A DNA stretch of 64,000 bases from Coriobacteriales bacterium (GCA_031277035.1 JAISLY010000048.1:1629-65628); one strand, 5' to 3'. Positions 30,252-38,898 are shown, numbered from the stretch's first letter. Made by a program: numbers and translations. The notes: generated by a model from the letters alone, not told the origin.

Positions 30252-31054
30252 CAGAAAAGTCCCATAAACGTCAGGCTGTCGTATGCGCACACGGCAGAAG
30301 CGATGGTGAGGGCGACAAAGCTCAGCAGAAAGCAGCAATCGGCACGACCAATACAAAGCGCATAAAGTGAGGTACGCGAGTGTCGGGAATCGATGCCTCT
30401 CACCGTAGCCGCTCGCGAAACCTCGTCAGTGACAACCGAGATGCGCAACATCAGGGGAACCGCGAAGTACTCGATCATTCTCAGTGGATGTTGCAGCACA
30501 CTGTGCAGGGACAGACGAATCCCACGCAGCTTCATGGCGCCCACCACCGCAGACGCCTCGGCGGCCAAAGTGGGAAAGAAGCGCAACGAGACCGACAGTG
30601 CCACGATTAAGAGGCGTGGCACATGCATGCGCTGAAGTGCGCAGGCCAGCTCGCCAACACGGACGGTGAGAACCAGGTGAGTGGCGAGCATGGCAATGGC
30701 GTACATTTTGCGCATCATCATGAGCATGGCGCCAACCGACACAAGGAAGGGATCCGCCGATACAGAACACAGCACTGCGACAAGCCAGAGGGCGGCATAG
30801 CCCACAAGCCATTTAAGCGCGTTTACCCAGCGACCACCATAGGCAAGAAGCGCCGCCGCCAGAACAAGGCCTGCGATGTCGAGAAAGGCAGGCGTCGGAG
30901 TCGTGGCCATGAGGTTCATCATAACAAGGATGGCAAGCTGGATTCGCGGGTCGACCGAACGCCTCTCCGCCAGGGCCTGCTCGAGGCGGCGCTCAATATC
31001 TCTGGCGCGCAGCTGCGATCCTGCTCTACGCCAACTTCTCAGCGCTACCGCCAT
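30251..31054 (-). CDS. ECF transporter transmembrane (T, CbiQ-family) component
   Basis: ATG 31054 follows GGGGAGGTG. The protein is about 267 aa and polytopic, with CbiQ-like motifs MKLRG and RAATVRG. Confidence 0.75.
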   Translation of the reverse strand: MAVALRSWRRAGSQLRARDIERRLEQALAERRSVDPRIQLAILVMMNLMATTPTPAFLDIAGLVLAAALLAYGGRWVNALKWLVGYAALWLVAVLCSVSADPFLVSVGAMLMMMRKMYAIAMLATHLVLTVRVGELACALQRMHVPRLLIVALSVSLRFFPTLAAEASAVVGAMKLRGIRLSLHSVLQHPLRMIEYFAVPLMLRISVVTDEVSRAATVRGIDSRHSRTSLYALCIGRADCCFLLSFVALTIASAVCAYDSLTFMGLF

Positions 31055-31189
31055 GTCCACGACACCTCCCCTTTTCCGATGCCAGAGCATTGCCCGGATA
31101 CGCGACCTGCAGCGGTATCGCCAACAAACATCTGGCTCAAACAAAATTCCATTGACGCTCCTCATGAAAGGAACACGCGAGTTTCATTG

Positions 31190-31219
31190 ATATTAGTCTT
31201 ACCTAACTATTCTTAACAA
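31190..31219 (-). promoter_or_regulatory. candidate sigma70-type promoter of the ECF/ABC operon
   Basis: On the minus strand the sequence reads TTGTTA, 18 nt, TAATAT, in an AT-rich patch about 135 nt upstream of the T-component start. Confidence 0.4.
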
Positions 31220-31261
31220 TGGTGGCGCTTTTGGCCTGTTCTGTCAAGCATCGCATTTTGC

Positions 31262-31290
31262 GTTGAGAAATGCGCGGGGAATGGATACAA
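31262..31290 (+). promoter_or_regulatory. promoter of tRNA-Gly
   Basis: TTGAGA (31262-31267), a 17-nt spacer, then TACAAT (31285-31290). The element ends 18 nt before the tRNA 5' end. Confidence 0.6.
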
Positions 31291-31308
31291 TGGTACGCTC
31301 CCTGATGC

Positions 31309-31384
31309 GCGGCAGTAGTTCAATTGGTAGAGCATCAGCCTTCCAAGCTGATTGTTGCGGGTTCGAGTCCCGTCTGCCGCTCCA
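31309..31384 (+). tRNA. tRNA-Gly (anticodon UCC), CCA encoded
   Basis: The sequence folds by hand into a 76-nt cloverleaf. The acceptor is GCGGCAG/CTGCCGC. The anticodon stem TCAGC/GCTGA carries the loop CTTCCAA. The T-loop is TTCGAGT and the 3' end is TCCA. Confidence 0.9.
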
Positions 31385-31397
31385 TATGACCCCAACT

Positions 31398-31424
31398 AAA
31401 AAGCCCCCCTGCGGGGCTTTTTTG
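31398..31424 (+). terminator. rho-independent terminator after tRNA-Gly (bidirectional shape)
   Basis: AAAAAGCCCCCCTGCGGGGCTTTTTT: a GC stem AGCCCC/GGGGCT flanked by an A-tract and a T-tract. Confidence 0.7.
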
Positions 31425-31440
31425 GTTGGGGCCGTACGGC

Positions 31441-31470
31441 TGTAGAGACGGGACTCGAACCCGAGAGGGA
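31441..31470 (-). pseudogene. 3'-terminal tRNA fragment (T-arm + acceptor strand only)
   Basis: The minus strand reads CTCGGGTTCGAGTCCCGTCTCTACA. It shares an 18-nt identical T-arm (CGGGTTCGAGTCCCGTCT) with the adjacent tRNA-Gly in inverted orientation. No matching 5' acceptor, D-arm or anticodon arm could be found. Confidence 0.5.
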
Positions 31471-31490
31471 TTTTCGCGTTAATTATCCCC

Positions 31491-31515
31491 AAAAAGCCCC
31501 TTGCGGGGCTTTTTG
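31491..31515 (+). terminator. second copy of the terminator hairpin
   Basis: AAAAAGCCCCTTGCGGGGCTTTTT, followed by the same GGTTGGGG as the first copy. Confidence 0.55.
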
Positions 31516-31532
31516 GTTGGGGTCGTGCATTC

Positions 31533-31582
31533 TTTACACGAACTTGATGTATGGCTTACCGCCGCTTGATATGCCCTTCTTA
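31533..31582 (+). promoter_or_regulatory. candidate Pho-box array upstream of pstS
   Basis: Five hexamers are phased every 11 nt: TTTACA (31533), TTGATG (31544), CTTACC (31555), TTGATA (31566) and TTCTTA (31577). This resembles the TT(A/T/C)ACA direct repeats bound by PhoP/PhoB-type regulators. Confidence 0.4.
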
Positions 31583-31731
31583 CGATTATCCGCAGCTGCT
31601 GCCCGCTTCATACGAGTCGCACTCATAGCCGGGCAGCAGCAACAGACAGATGGCCTCGGTTGGCCGTTCCGGTCGCAGAGCGCCACGGTGAGGGTATCGG
31701 AAGAAGGGCCCTTAACAGAAAGGATCACATT

Positions 31732-32769
31732 GTGAAGCATTGCATCTCCAGAGGAACAACCCCCGGAAGCAAAACTGACCATGACAGAATCACCAAAGAC
31801 GCAAACACCCCGACAAGACCCACCCGAAGAAGCTTCGCCAGAGGGCTTATCGCCATCCTGGCCGCCGCTCTGCTCGCCCTCTCCTTTGGCTGCACCGCGC
31901 CCAGCTCAGACGGCAACGCGGATACAGACGCAGGTGCAGACGCTGGCGCGGCAACGCCCGCACCAGAACCATCCGCTCCCTCCGGCACTCTCAATGTCAT
32001 CTCCCGCGAGGACGGCTCAGGCACACGAAGCGCCTTTGTCGAGCTCTTTGAAGTTCAGGCCGAGGGCGCCGATGGCAAAAAGGTCGATGCGACCACCTCT
32101 GCGGCGGTTGTCACCAACTCGACCTCGGTCATGATGACCACGGTGGCGGGCGACGCGAACTCCATCGGCTATATCTCGCTCGGCAGCCTGAATGACACGG
32201 TGCGCGCACTGCCCATCGATGGCGTTGAGGCCACCGCTGCCAATGTGAAGTCAAACACCTATCGCGTCAGTCGCCCCTTTAATATTGTCACCTCCAACAG
32301 TGCAGGCCTAAGCCCTGAGGCCCAGGATTTCATCGCCTTTATCCTGAGCGCTGAGGGCCAGGCGGTCGTCGCTGAGAACAACTACATCGCCATAGCAGAC
32401 AGCGCCGCTGCGTACAAGCCCGCGGACGGACTTTCCGGCAAGGTCGTCGTTGCCGGTTCCTCCTCTGTCTCCCCCGTGATGGAAAAACTTGGTGAGGCGT
32501 ATGCGGCCCTTCAGCCAGACGTCACAATTGAGGTGCAGACCAGCGACTCTGGAACCGGCATAACCTCAACCATCGAAGGCGTCTGTGACATCGGAATGTC
32601 CTCGCGCGAGCTCAAGGACAGCGAGAGCAGCCAGGACATCACGGCCACAACCATCGCCATCGACGGAATTGCGGTCATTGTGAACAACGACAACCCGCTC
32701 TCGGGCCTGACCACTGAGCAGGTGCAAAAGATTTATCTTGGTGAGATTACGACCTGGGACGAACTCTGA
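31732..32769 (+). CDS. pstS: phosphate ABC transporter substrate-binding lipoprotein
   Basis: ORF 31660-32769. GTG 31732 follows GAAAGGA. The signal peptide carries the lipobox LALSFGC. The PBP_like_2 pattern (REDGSGTR...) is present, and pstCAB follow. Confidence 0.85.
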   Translation: MKHCISRGTTPGSKTDHDRITKDANTPTRPTRRSFARGLIAILAAALLALSFGCTAPSSDGNADTDAGADAGAATPAPEPSAPSGTLNVISREDGSGTRSAFVELFEVQAEGADGKKVDATTSAAVVTNSTSVMMTTVAGDANSIGYISLGSLNDTVRALPIDGVEATAANVKSNTYRVSRPFNIVTSNSAGLSPEAQDFIAFILSAEGQAVVAENNYIAIADSAAAYKPADGLSGKVVVAGSSSVSPVMEKLGEAYAALQPDVTIEVQTSDSGTGITSTIEGVCDIGMSSRELKDSESSQDITATTIAIDGIAVIVNNDNPLSGLTTEQVQKIYLGEITTWDEL

Positions 32770-33632
32770 TGCAGAAATCCGCAGGAGCCCTGCGTGAGCG
32801 TCTCGCCTTCATAGCCTTTGCAACCGCCGCGACACTCTGTGTCGTGGCGGTGCTCCTCATATGCGCCTTCCTGCTGATAAACGGCCTGCCGACTCTGCTT
32901 CGTGAGGGTCCGTTTGCCTTCATCGGCAACACGACCTGGCAGCCGGCCACCGATACGTACGGCATTTTCTCAATGGTCGTCGGCAGCCTGTACGTGACTG
33001 CCGGGGCCCTTGTCCTTGGCGTACCGCTCGGCCTGCTGACAGCAATCTACCTCTCACGCTTTGCCAAGGCTCGCACCAAACGCCTCCTTCAGCCGGCTGT
33101 CGAGCTGCTCGCCGGCATTCCTTCGGTCGTCTACGGCTTCTTTGGCCTGGTTGTCATCGTGCCGCTGATACGTCAGCTCTTCAAGGTGCAGGGCATGGGT
33201 ATTCTCGCCGCTTCAATCGTCCTGGGAATCATGATCCTCCCCACCATCATCGCCGTCTCAAAGGCTGCGCTTGACGCCGTACCGTCCAGCTATTACGAGG
33301 GCGCCCTGGCTCTGGGCGCAAGCCACGAGCGATGCGTCTTTTCAATCATCGTTCCCGCCGCGCTCTCGGGCGTCGTCGCCTCGGTAATCCTTGGGGTCGG
33401 CAGGGCTATCGGCGAGACGATGGCGGTGGTGATGGTCGTCGGCAACCAGGTGCGCATGCCCGTCGGAATCTTTGAGGGCGTCCGCACGATGACCGCCAAT
33501 ATCGTTTTGGAGATGGGCTATGCCGCCGACCTGCATCGTCAGGCGCTGATTGCCACCGCCCTGGTACTCCTTATCTTCATCCTGGTGATAAACCTGCTCT
33601 TTTCCCTCCTCAGAAAGAAGGCGAGAGGATGA
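32769..33632 (+). CDS. pstC: phosphate ABC transporter permease PstC
   Basis: 287 aa, 6 TM, with the EAA-like loop ALGASHERCVFSIIVP. The start overlaps the pstS stop by 1 nt. Confidence 0.9.
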   Translation: MQKSAGALRERLAFIAFATAATLCVVAVLLICAFLLINGLPTLLREGPFAFIGNTTWQPATDTYGIFSMVVGSLYVTAGALVLGVPLGLLTAIYLSRFAKARTKRLLQPAVELLAGIPSVVYGFFGLVVIVPLIRQLFKVQGMGILAASIVLGIMILPTIIAVSKAALDAVPSSYYEGALALGASHERCVFSIIVPAALSGVVASVILGVGRAIGETMAVVMVVGNQVRMPVGIFEGVRTMTANIVLEMGYAADLHRQALIATALVLLIFILVINLLFSLLRKKARG

Positions 33633-34618
33633 CGCCGATGCGCTTGATTCACGATGGGGCATCCGGGCCGACAGCCCTGAAGCCCGCACCCGCCACCGCG
33701 GGAGCTGCCACCACCGCGGGCGCCGCGGGAGCTGCCGCCGCAGGTGCTGCCGTACGCCGCACAGCCCGGGTGCGCAGGCGCGCTACGCACCGCTCTGTCC
33801 GCGACCATATCCTGCATGCGCTGCCCTGCCTGGCGGCACTTCTCACCGCCGCACTGATTGGCTTTCTCATCATCTACATCCTTGTCATGGGCATCCCCCA
33901 CATCTCGCCCGATTTATTCTCAATTACATATAATTCGGTCAATGTCTCCCTGATGCCCGCTCTCATCAACACCGTGCTCATGACGCTGCTCGCCCTGGCC
34001 TTCGCCGTCCCCATCGGCCTTGGCGGTGCCATCTTCCTCGCGGAATACGCCCGGCGTGGCAATCGCCTCGTCGGCCTGATCCGCATCGCCGCCGACACCC
34101 TGGCCGGCGTGCCCTCCATCGTCTATGGCCTCTTTGGCCTGCTGTTCTTTGTGACTATGCTCGGTTGGCGCATGTCGCTTCTGGCAGGCGCCTGTACGCT
34201 TGCCATCATGATTCTGCCCCTGATCATATCGACTGCCGAAGAAGCGCTGCGCGCGGTACCCGATGCCTGGCGCGAGGGAAGTTTTGGCCTTGGAGCCGGC
34301 CGCCTGCGCACGGTCGGACGGATTTTGCTGCCCTCGGCGCTTCCCGGAATCCTCGCGGGCGTCATCCTCGGCATTGGGCGCATCGTCGGCGAAAGCGCGG
34401 CGCTCATCTATACCGCCGGCACGGCGACCAGCCTGCCGACCAGCCTGTTCGATTCCACTCGAACCCTCTCGGTGCATATGTACGTCCTTGCCAGCGAAGG
34501 ACTGCATCTGGAGAAGACCTATGCCACGGCCGTCGTTTTGCTGCTCCTGGTCCTGTTGATTAACACGGCTTCTGTCGTTTTGGCCCGTCGTCTTTCGAGA
34601 AAGGTACGCAATGTCTGA
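33629..34618 (+). CDS. pstA: phosphate ABC transporter permease PstA (Ala-rich N-terminal extension)
   Basis: 329 aa with the motif [14 protein letters not shown]. It overlaps pstC through ATGA. Confidence 0.9.
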   Translation: MTPMRLIHDGASGPTALKPAPATAGAATTAGAAGAAAAGAAVRRTARVRRRATHRSVRDHILHALPCLAALLTAALIGFLIIYILVMGIPHISPDLFSITYNSVNVSLMPALINTVLMTLLALAFAVPIGLGGAIFLAEYARRGNRLVGLIRIAADTLAGVPSIVYGLFGLLFFVTMLGWRMSLLAGACTLAIMILPLIISTAEEALRAVPDAWREGSFGLGAGRLRTVGRILLPSALPGILAGVILGIGRIVGESAALIYTAGTATSLPTSLFDSTRTLSVHMYVLASEGLHLEKTYATAVVLLLLVLLINTASVVLARRLSRKVRNV

Positions 34619-35588
34619 GCCAGCACCCCCCGTTTTAGAGAAGCAGCGCGTTCGGCAGGTGAATCTGATGAGTTTTGTTGAACAGGCGGTTCAGGTCGCT
34701 GAGATTGCCGAGACTCTCCAGGTTGCCGAGACCCTCCAGGCCGTCGAGGCGCTCCAGGTTGCCGAGACTGCCGAGACAGTCCAGGTTGCCGAGATCGCCG
34801 ATGCTACCGAAATCGCAAAAGCTGCCGAAACGGTCGTCTCCGCCAAGTTGCACACCGAGAACCTCGACCTCTTCTACGGGAACTTTCAGGCGCTCCATAA
34901 GGTCAATCTCGCCATTCCTCCCCTTTCCATCACCGCATTCATCGGCCCTTCCGGCTGTGGCAAGACCACGCTGCTTAAAACCTTCAACCGCATGAACGAT
35001 CTGGTGGAAGGCTGCCGCATCGAGGGCGACGTTCTGCTCGATGGCGATGAGATTTACGGGAACATGGACGTAAACCACCTGCGTAAGCGCGTCGGCATGG
35101 TCTTTCAAAAGCCGAACCCCTTTCCGATGAGCGTCTATGACAATATCGCCTTTGGACCAAGAACCCACGGCATACGGCGCAAGGGCGACCTTGATGAAAT
35201 TGTGGAACGTTCGCTGCGCGATGCCGCGCTTTTTGACGAACTCAAAGACAGACTGCGCCACAATGCCCTCGGCCTTTCTGGCGGGCAGCAGCAGCGTCTC
35301 TGTATCGCACGGGCGCTGGCCGCGGGCCCTGAGGTATTGCTCATGGACGAGCCGACCTCCGCGCTTGACCCGGCTTCAACCGCGCATATCGAGGAATTGG
35401 CAATCAAGCTTGCCGAACGCTATACCATCGTCATCGTCACACACAACATGCAGCAGGCGGCGCGCATCTCGGACAGAACCGCCTTTTTCCTGCTCGGAGA
35501 GATTGTCGAATGCGACACGACCGCAAAGATATTCTCCAAGCCAGGCGATTCGCGCACCGAGGACTACATCCGTGGGCGCTTTGGATGA
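34611..35588 (+). CDS. pstB: phosphate ABC transporter ATP-binding protein PstB with ~75-aa repetitive N-terminal extension
   Basis: Walker [10 protein letters not shown], signature LSGGQQQR and the PstB-typical C-terminus [10 protein letters not shown]. No in-frame ATG lies closer to the core than codon 20. Confidence 0.9.
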   Translation: MSEPAPPVLEKQRVRQVNLMSFVEQAVQVAEIAETLQVAETLQAVEALQVAETAETVQVAEIADATEIAKAAETVVSAKLHTENLDLFYGNFQALHKVNLAIPPLSITAFIGPSGCGKTTLLKTFNRMNDLVEGCRIEGDVLLDGDEIYGNMDVNHLRKRVGMVFQKPNPFPMSVYDNIAFGPRTHGIRRKGDLDEIVERSLRDAALFDELKDRLRHNALGLSGGQQQRLCIARALAAGPEVLLMDEPTSALDPASTAHIEELAIKLAERYTIVIVTHNMQQAARISDRTAFFLLGEIVECDTTAKIFSKPGDSRTEDYIRGRFG

Positions 35589-35720
35589 GTTGTCCTGCTC
35601 CCTGCGCCCCCCAGGAGTGTATACTTGACGATGTTGCCTGCGGATGCTGTCTGCGGGCACGGGACATTGTGTGCAGACGCTGAAGATGGTCTGCGGACGC
35701 TGTCTGCATGAAGGGATCGT

Positions 35721-36413
35721 ATGTCTGTGATCTATTACGTTGAGGACGACCCGAATATCCGGGATCTTGCCATTTACGCCCTTGAGCAGGCCGGGCTTGC
35801 CGCCCGAGGCTTTTCAAACGCCCTTGAGTTGTATGCCGCCTGCGAAAATGAGCTCCCCCGCCTCTTTTTGCTCGACATCATGTTGCCCCACGAGGACGGC
35901 ATCCAGATTCTCAAGCATCTGCGCGCCGGGCGCGCGACCCGCGACATCCCCATCATGATGCTCACCGCCAAGGGCAGTGAATACGACGTGGTCATGGGCC
36001 TGGACGCCGGTGCCGACGACTATCTGGCAAAGCCCTTTGGCATGATGGAGCTGGTCTCACGCGTCAACGCCCTGCTGCGCCGTCGCGACCGCGATACGGA
36101 GGCTGAGGATGGCGAGACGCTGCTCATCGATGGGCTGACGCTTTCTCCGGCGCAGCGCCGGGTTACGGTCGACGGTACGCTCGTGGTGTTGACCTACAAG
36201 GAGTTTGAGCTGCTGCAGCTGCTGATGGAGCGCCCGGGGCGCGTCTTTAGCCGTGACCGGCTGCTTGAGGCGGTCTGGGGCTGGGAGCACAGCGTCAGCA
36301 CCCGAACCGTGGACGTGCATATCCAGACCCTGCGCCGCAAACTGGGCGCAGCCGCCTCGATCATAGAGACCGTGCGTGGCGTAGGCTACCGAGCCAAGGA
36401 GGCTTCACGATGA
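35721..36413 (+). CDS. OmpR/PhoB-family response regulator
   Basis: 230 aa. The receiver domain has LLDIMLP and TAKG. The winged-helix output has LTYKEFELLQLL and RTVDVHIQTLRRKL. It is adjacent to pstSCAB. Confidence 0.9.
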   Translation: MSVIYYVEDDPNIRDLAIYALEQAGLAARGFSNALELYAACENELPRLFLLDIMLPHEDGIQILKHLRAGRATRDIPIMMLTAKGSEYDVVMGLDAGADDYLAKPFGMMELVSRVNALLRRRDRDTEAEDGETLLIDGLTLSPAQRRVTVDGTLVVLTYKEFELLQLLMERPGRVFSRDRLLEAVWGWEHSVSTRTVDVHIQTLRRKLGAAASIIETVRGVGYRAKEASR

Positions 36414-37132
36414 TAGACGAGGTCGCTCGACGCCGACGTGAGTTCACGGCCAACGTCTCCCATGAGCTCAAAACCCCGCTGACCGTCATTTTGGGCTATG
36501 CCGAGTTGATGAAACGCGGCACGACGCGCCCCGCAGACGTCGTCCGCTTCTCCGAACTCATCTACAGCGAGGCGCGGCATATGATGAGCATGGTCGAAGA
36601 CATCCTGGTCATCTCTGAGCTCGATGAGACCGAAGCTGCCCCACAGGGCGCCCCGAAGTCCTCGAACATGGAGGGTTCAAAGCTTGACCTGGTCGCCCTG
36701 ACGCGCAACATCGTCGAGCGCCTGACCCCCTTTGCCGAGCAGAGCCAACTGAGTATCGAGCTGAGCGTCGGGGAGCCCGAGCTGGTAGTGCACGGGCCTG
36801 AACGCATGATTACCGAGATGATCTACAATCTCTGCGAGAACGCCATCCGCTATAACCGCCCCGGCGGGTCGGTCTGGGTGGGCTTGAGCAGAAATGAGGC
36901 GGGCGGGGCGCGTCTGGAGGTGCGTGACACCGGGATTGGCATCGCCTCGCGACACCACGAAAAGGTCTTTGAGCGTTTTTACTGTGTGGATAAGAGCCGC
37001 TCGCGCAAGACCGGCGGCACCGGCCTTGGTCTGGCAATCGTCAAACACGGGGCACACTACCTCGGCGCCCAGATGCAACTCGAAAGTGAACTCGACCAGG
37101 GAACGAGCATCACTCTGGACTTCCCAGCCTGA
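36410..37132 (+). CDS. histidine kinase consisting only of DHp + catalytic domains (no sensor/TM region)
   Basis: 240 aa, overlapping the RR gene through ATGA. The H-box SHELKTPLT begins at residue 16. N-box NAIRYN, G1 DTGIGI and G2 GGTGLGL are all present. Confidence 0.85.
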   Translation: MIDEVARRRREFTANVSHELKTPLTVILGYAELMKRGTTRPADVVRFSELIYSEARHMMSMVEDILVISELDETEAAPQGAPKSSNMEGSKLDLVALTRNIVERLTPFAEQSQLSIELSVGEPELVVHGPERMITEMIYNLCENAIRYNRPGGSVWVGLSRNEAGGARLEVRDTGIGIASRHHEKVFERFYCVDKSRSRKTGGTGLGLAIVKHGAHYLGAQMQLESELDQGTSITLDFPA

Positions 37133-37210
37133 GAAGGTTTTATCTTGGTCTATACTGAGGCGGTGCGTTTGACGATACGCCTCAGGGACCAGAAGGGATG
37201 TGCAGGACGC

Positions 37211-38236
37211 ATGGGCACAGTCGTGGACACCTCGGATGAGAGCATCGACACCGACAGCGGCCGCGACGGGCGCGGGTGGGGCGACGGCGGCAGCGGCGAG
37301 GGCGGCAGCGGCGAGGGCGGCGGCCAGCGCGGCAGCGGCGACGGCGACAGCGGCGAGGCTGGCAGCCTGGATCTTTATACGGACGACAGCTGCAACCTGC
37401 CCCGCGAGTGGCTTGCCACGCACAGGGTGGGCCTGCTTCCCCTCAGTGTGACGCTTGATGGCAGGGATTATCCAAGCGAACAGCGGGACGACCCCGCCGG
37501 TTTTTATGCCGCGATACGCCAGGGCGCACGTCCCTCGACCAGTGCCATCCCCAAAGGGCAGATTGAAGAGGCGTTTGGGAAATCGCTTGAGCGGGGCAGG
37601 GACATTCTCTATATCGGCCTGCCCGCAAAGCTCTCGAGCAATTTTACCCAGGTTCAGGACATCGCAGGGCAGATTGCGGCCGGATGCACGCAACAGGTCT
37701 GCTGCATGGATGCCCGTGTGGCGACGATGGGCCAGGGCCTGCTGGTCAAAGAGGCGGTGCGTCTGCGCGATGCGGGCGAGTCGCTCGAGGCAATGCGCAC
37801 CGCCCTTGAGAACCTGAGCGATCACGTGAGAATACTGTTCATGCTGGACGATCCTCAATTTCTCAAAGTCGGCGGCAGAGGAGAGGAGGCGCTTGAATGG
37901 GTGGCGCGTTTTATCTCAAAACTGAGCGTTAAACCTCTGCTCACCATAAACCGCCAGTGCGCCATCAAGTTTCACAGCGCCTACCGCAGCCGCAAACGCG
38001 CGCTGAACCAGATGATGGAATATCTCCGCAGTATGATAGATCACGCACACGATCAGGTGGTCTACGTGCTGCATGCGGACATCCCGCGCCTTGCGGAGAT
38101 TATGGTCGACGCGGTACAGGAAACACTTGGCATCGGGCAGCAAATTGCCGTTGCGGAGGTTTCACCGGTGATTGGCGCGCATGTTGGCCCCGGCACCGTG
38201 GCGCTTGTCTTTGTGAGCACCGAGGCGCGAAACTGA
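37211..38236 (+). CDS. DegV-family (fatty-acid-binding) protein with Gly/Asp/Ser-rich N-terminal extension
   Basis: ATG 37211 (MGTVVD). The DegV pattern is present: DSCNLPREW..., PSTSAIPKG and SPVIGAHVGPGTVAL. Confidence 0.8.
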   Translation: MGTVVDTSDESIDTDSGRDGRGWGDGGSGEGGSGEGGGQRGSGDGDSGEAGSLDLYTDDSCNLPREWLATHRVGLLPLSVTLDGRDYPSEQRDDPAGFYAAIRQGARPSTSAIPKGQIEEAFGKSLERGRDILYIGLPAKLSSNFTQVQDIAGQIAAGCTQQVCCMDARVATMGQGLLVKEAVRLRDAGESLEAMRTALENLSDHVRILFMLDDPQFLKVGGRGEEALEWVARFISKLSVKPLLTINRQCAIKFHSAYRSRKRALNQMMEYLRSMIDHAHDQVVYVLHADIPRLAEIMVDAVQETLGIGQQIAVAEVSPVIGAHVGPGTVALVFVSTEARN

Positions 38237-38432
38237 CCGACGGGTGACGGCAGGCTCAGGCGGGTGACGGGTTCATATGAGGCAAGCTGGTGGAGGGTTC
38301 AGACGGGCTGCAAGTGGAGGGCGGCAGGCTCGGGCGGGTGGCGGGTAGGTGGCAGGCTCAGGCGGGTGGCGGGTTCATGTGCGGCAGGTGGAACGGTCAG
38401 CACATCTGGTATATCCGATACAGGTGGGAGGA

Positions 38433-38651
38433 ATGGTGGAGAAGCTGTTGTTGCAGGTGGACGGAATGAGTTGCGGTCATTGTGAGATAGCGGTACAGGA
38501 GGCGCTTCGCAAACTGCCCGGCGTCAAAAAGGCTCGGGCGAACCGCCGCAAGAAAACGGCGCTCGTCGAATACGAGGCAGGAGCGGTAAGCCCCGAGGCA
38601 CTCAGAACAGCCGTCGAGGAAGTCGGATTCCAGGCGACACTTCCCGCCTGA
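38433..38651 (+). CDS. copZ: heavy-metal-associated (HMA) copper chaperone
   Basis: ATG 38433 follows GGGAGGA. The protein is 72 aa and carries the MSCGHC metal-binding motif. Confidence 0.85.
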   Translation: MVEKLLLQVDGMSCGHCEIAVQEALRKLPGVKKARANRRKKTALVEYEAGAVSPEALRTAVEEVGFQATLPA

Positions 38652-38835
38652 ACGGCGTCCGAAGGCCATAAGACGCCTGGGGCGCCCAAAGACGCCTGGG
38701 GCGCCCGAGGCGAGCATCTCGCTTTGCGACTGTGAGCAGGCGCCTTTTTCCCTTCTTTACAGTTGTCTGACGGAGTATGTCGGGAAGATGTCGATTCCAA
38801 ATTTGCTATTCCATTTGCTATATTCTTGACAAAGA

Positions 38836-38863
38836 CAGATTCGTCCGTATGTCTCATCACTAT
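38836..38863 (+). promoter_or_regulatory. candidate promoter of the pirin gene
   Basis: TTGACA (38836-38841), 16 nt, then TATGTC. Just upstream are two direct TTTGCTAT repeats in a locally AT-rich patch. Confidence 0.35.
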
Positions 38864-38898
38864 CCGGTACGTGTGGCACACAACGAAAGGGGAACATC

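Noticed and set aside
31441-31500. Possible complete second tRNA on the minus strand
   Set aside because: Only the T-arm and 3' acceptor strand are present. No complementary 5' acceptor (GTAGAGA), D-arm or 7-nt anticodon loop could be folded. It is kept only as a fragment.
36677-37858. 393-aa minus-strand ORF
   Set aside because: It is antisense to the histidine kinase and DegV genes, and its Ala-run region simply mirrors the DegV Gly/Ser repeat.
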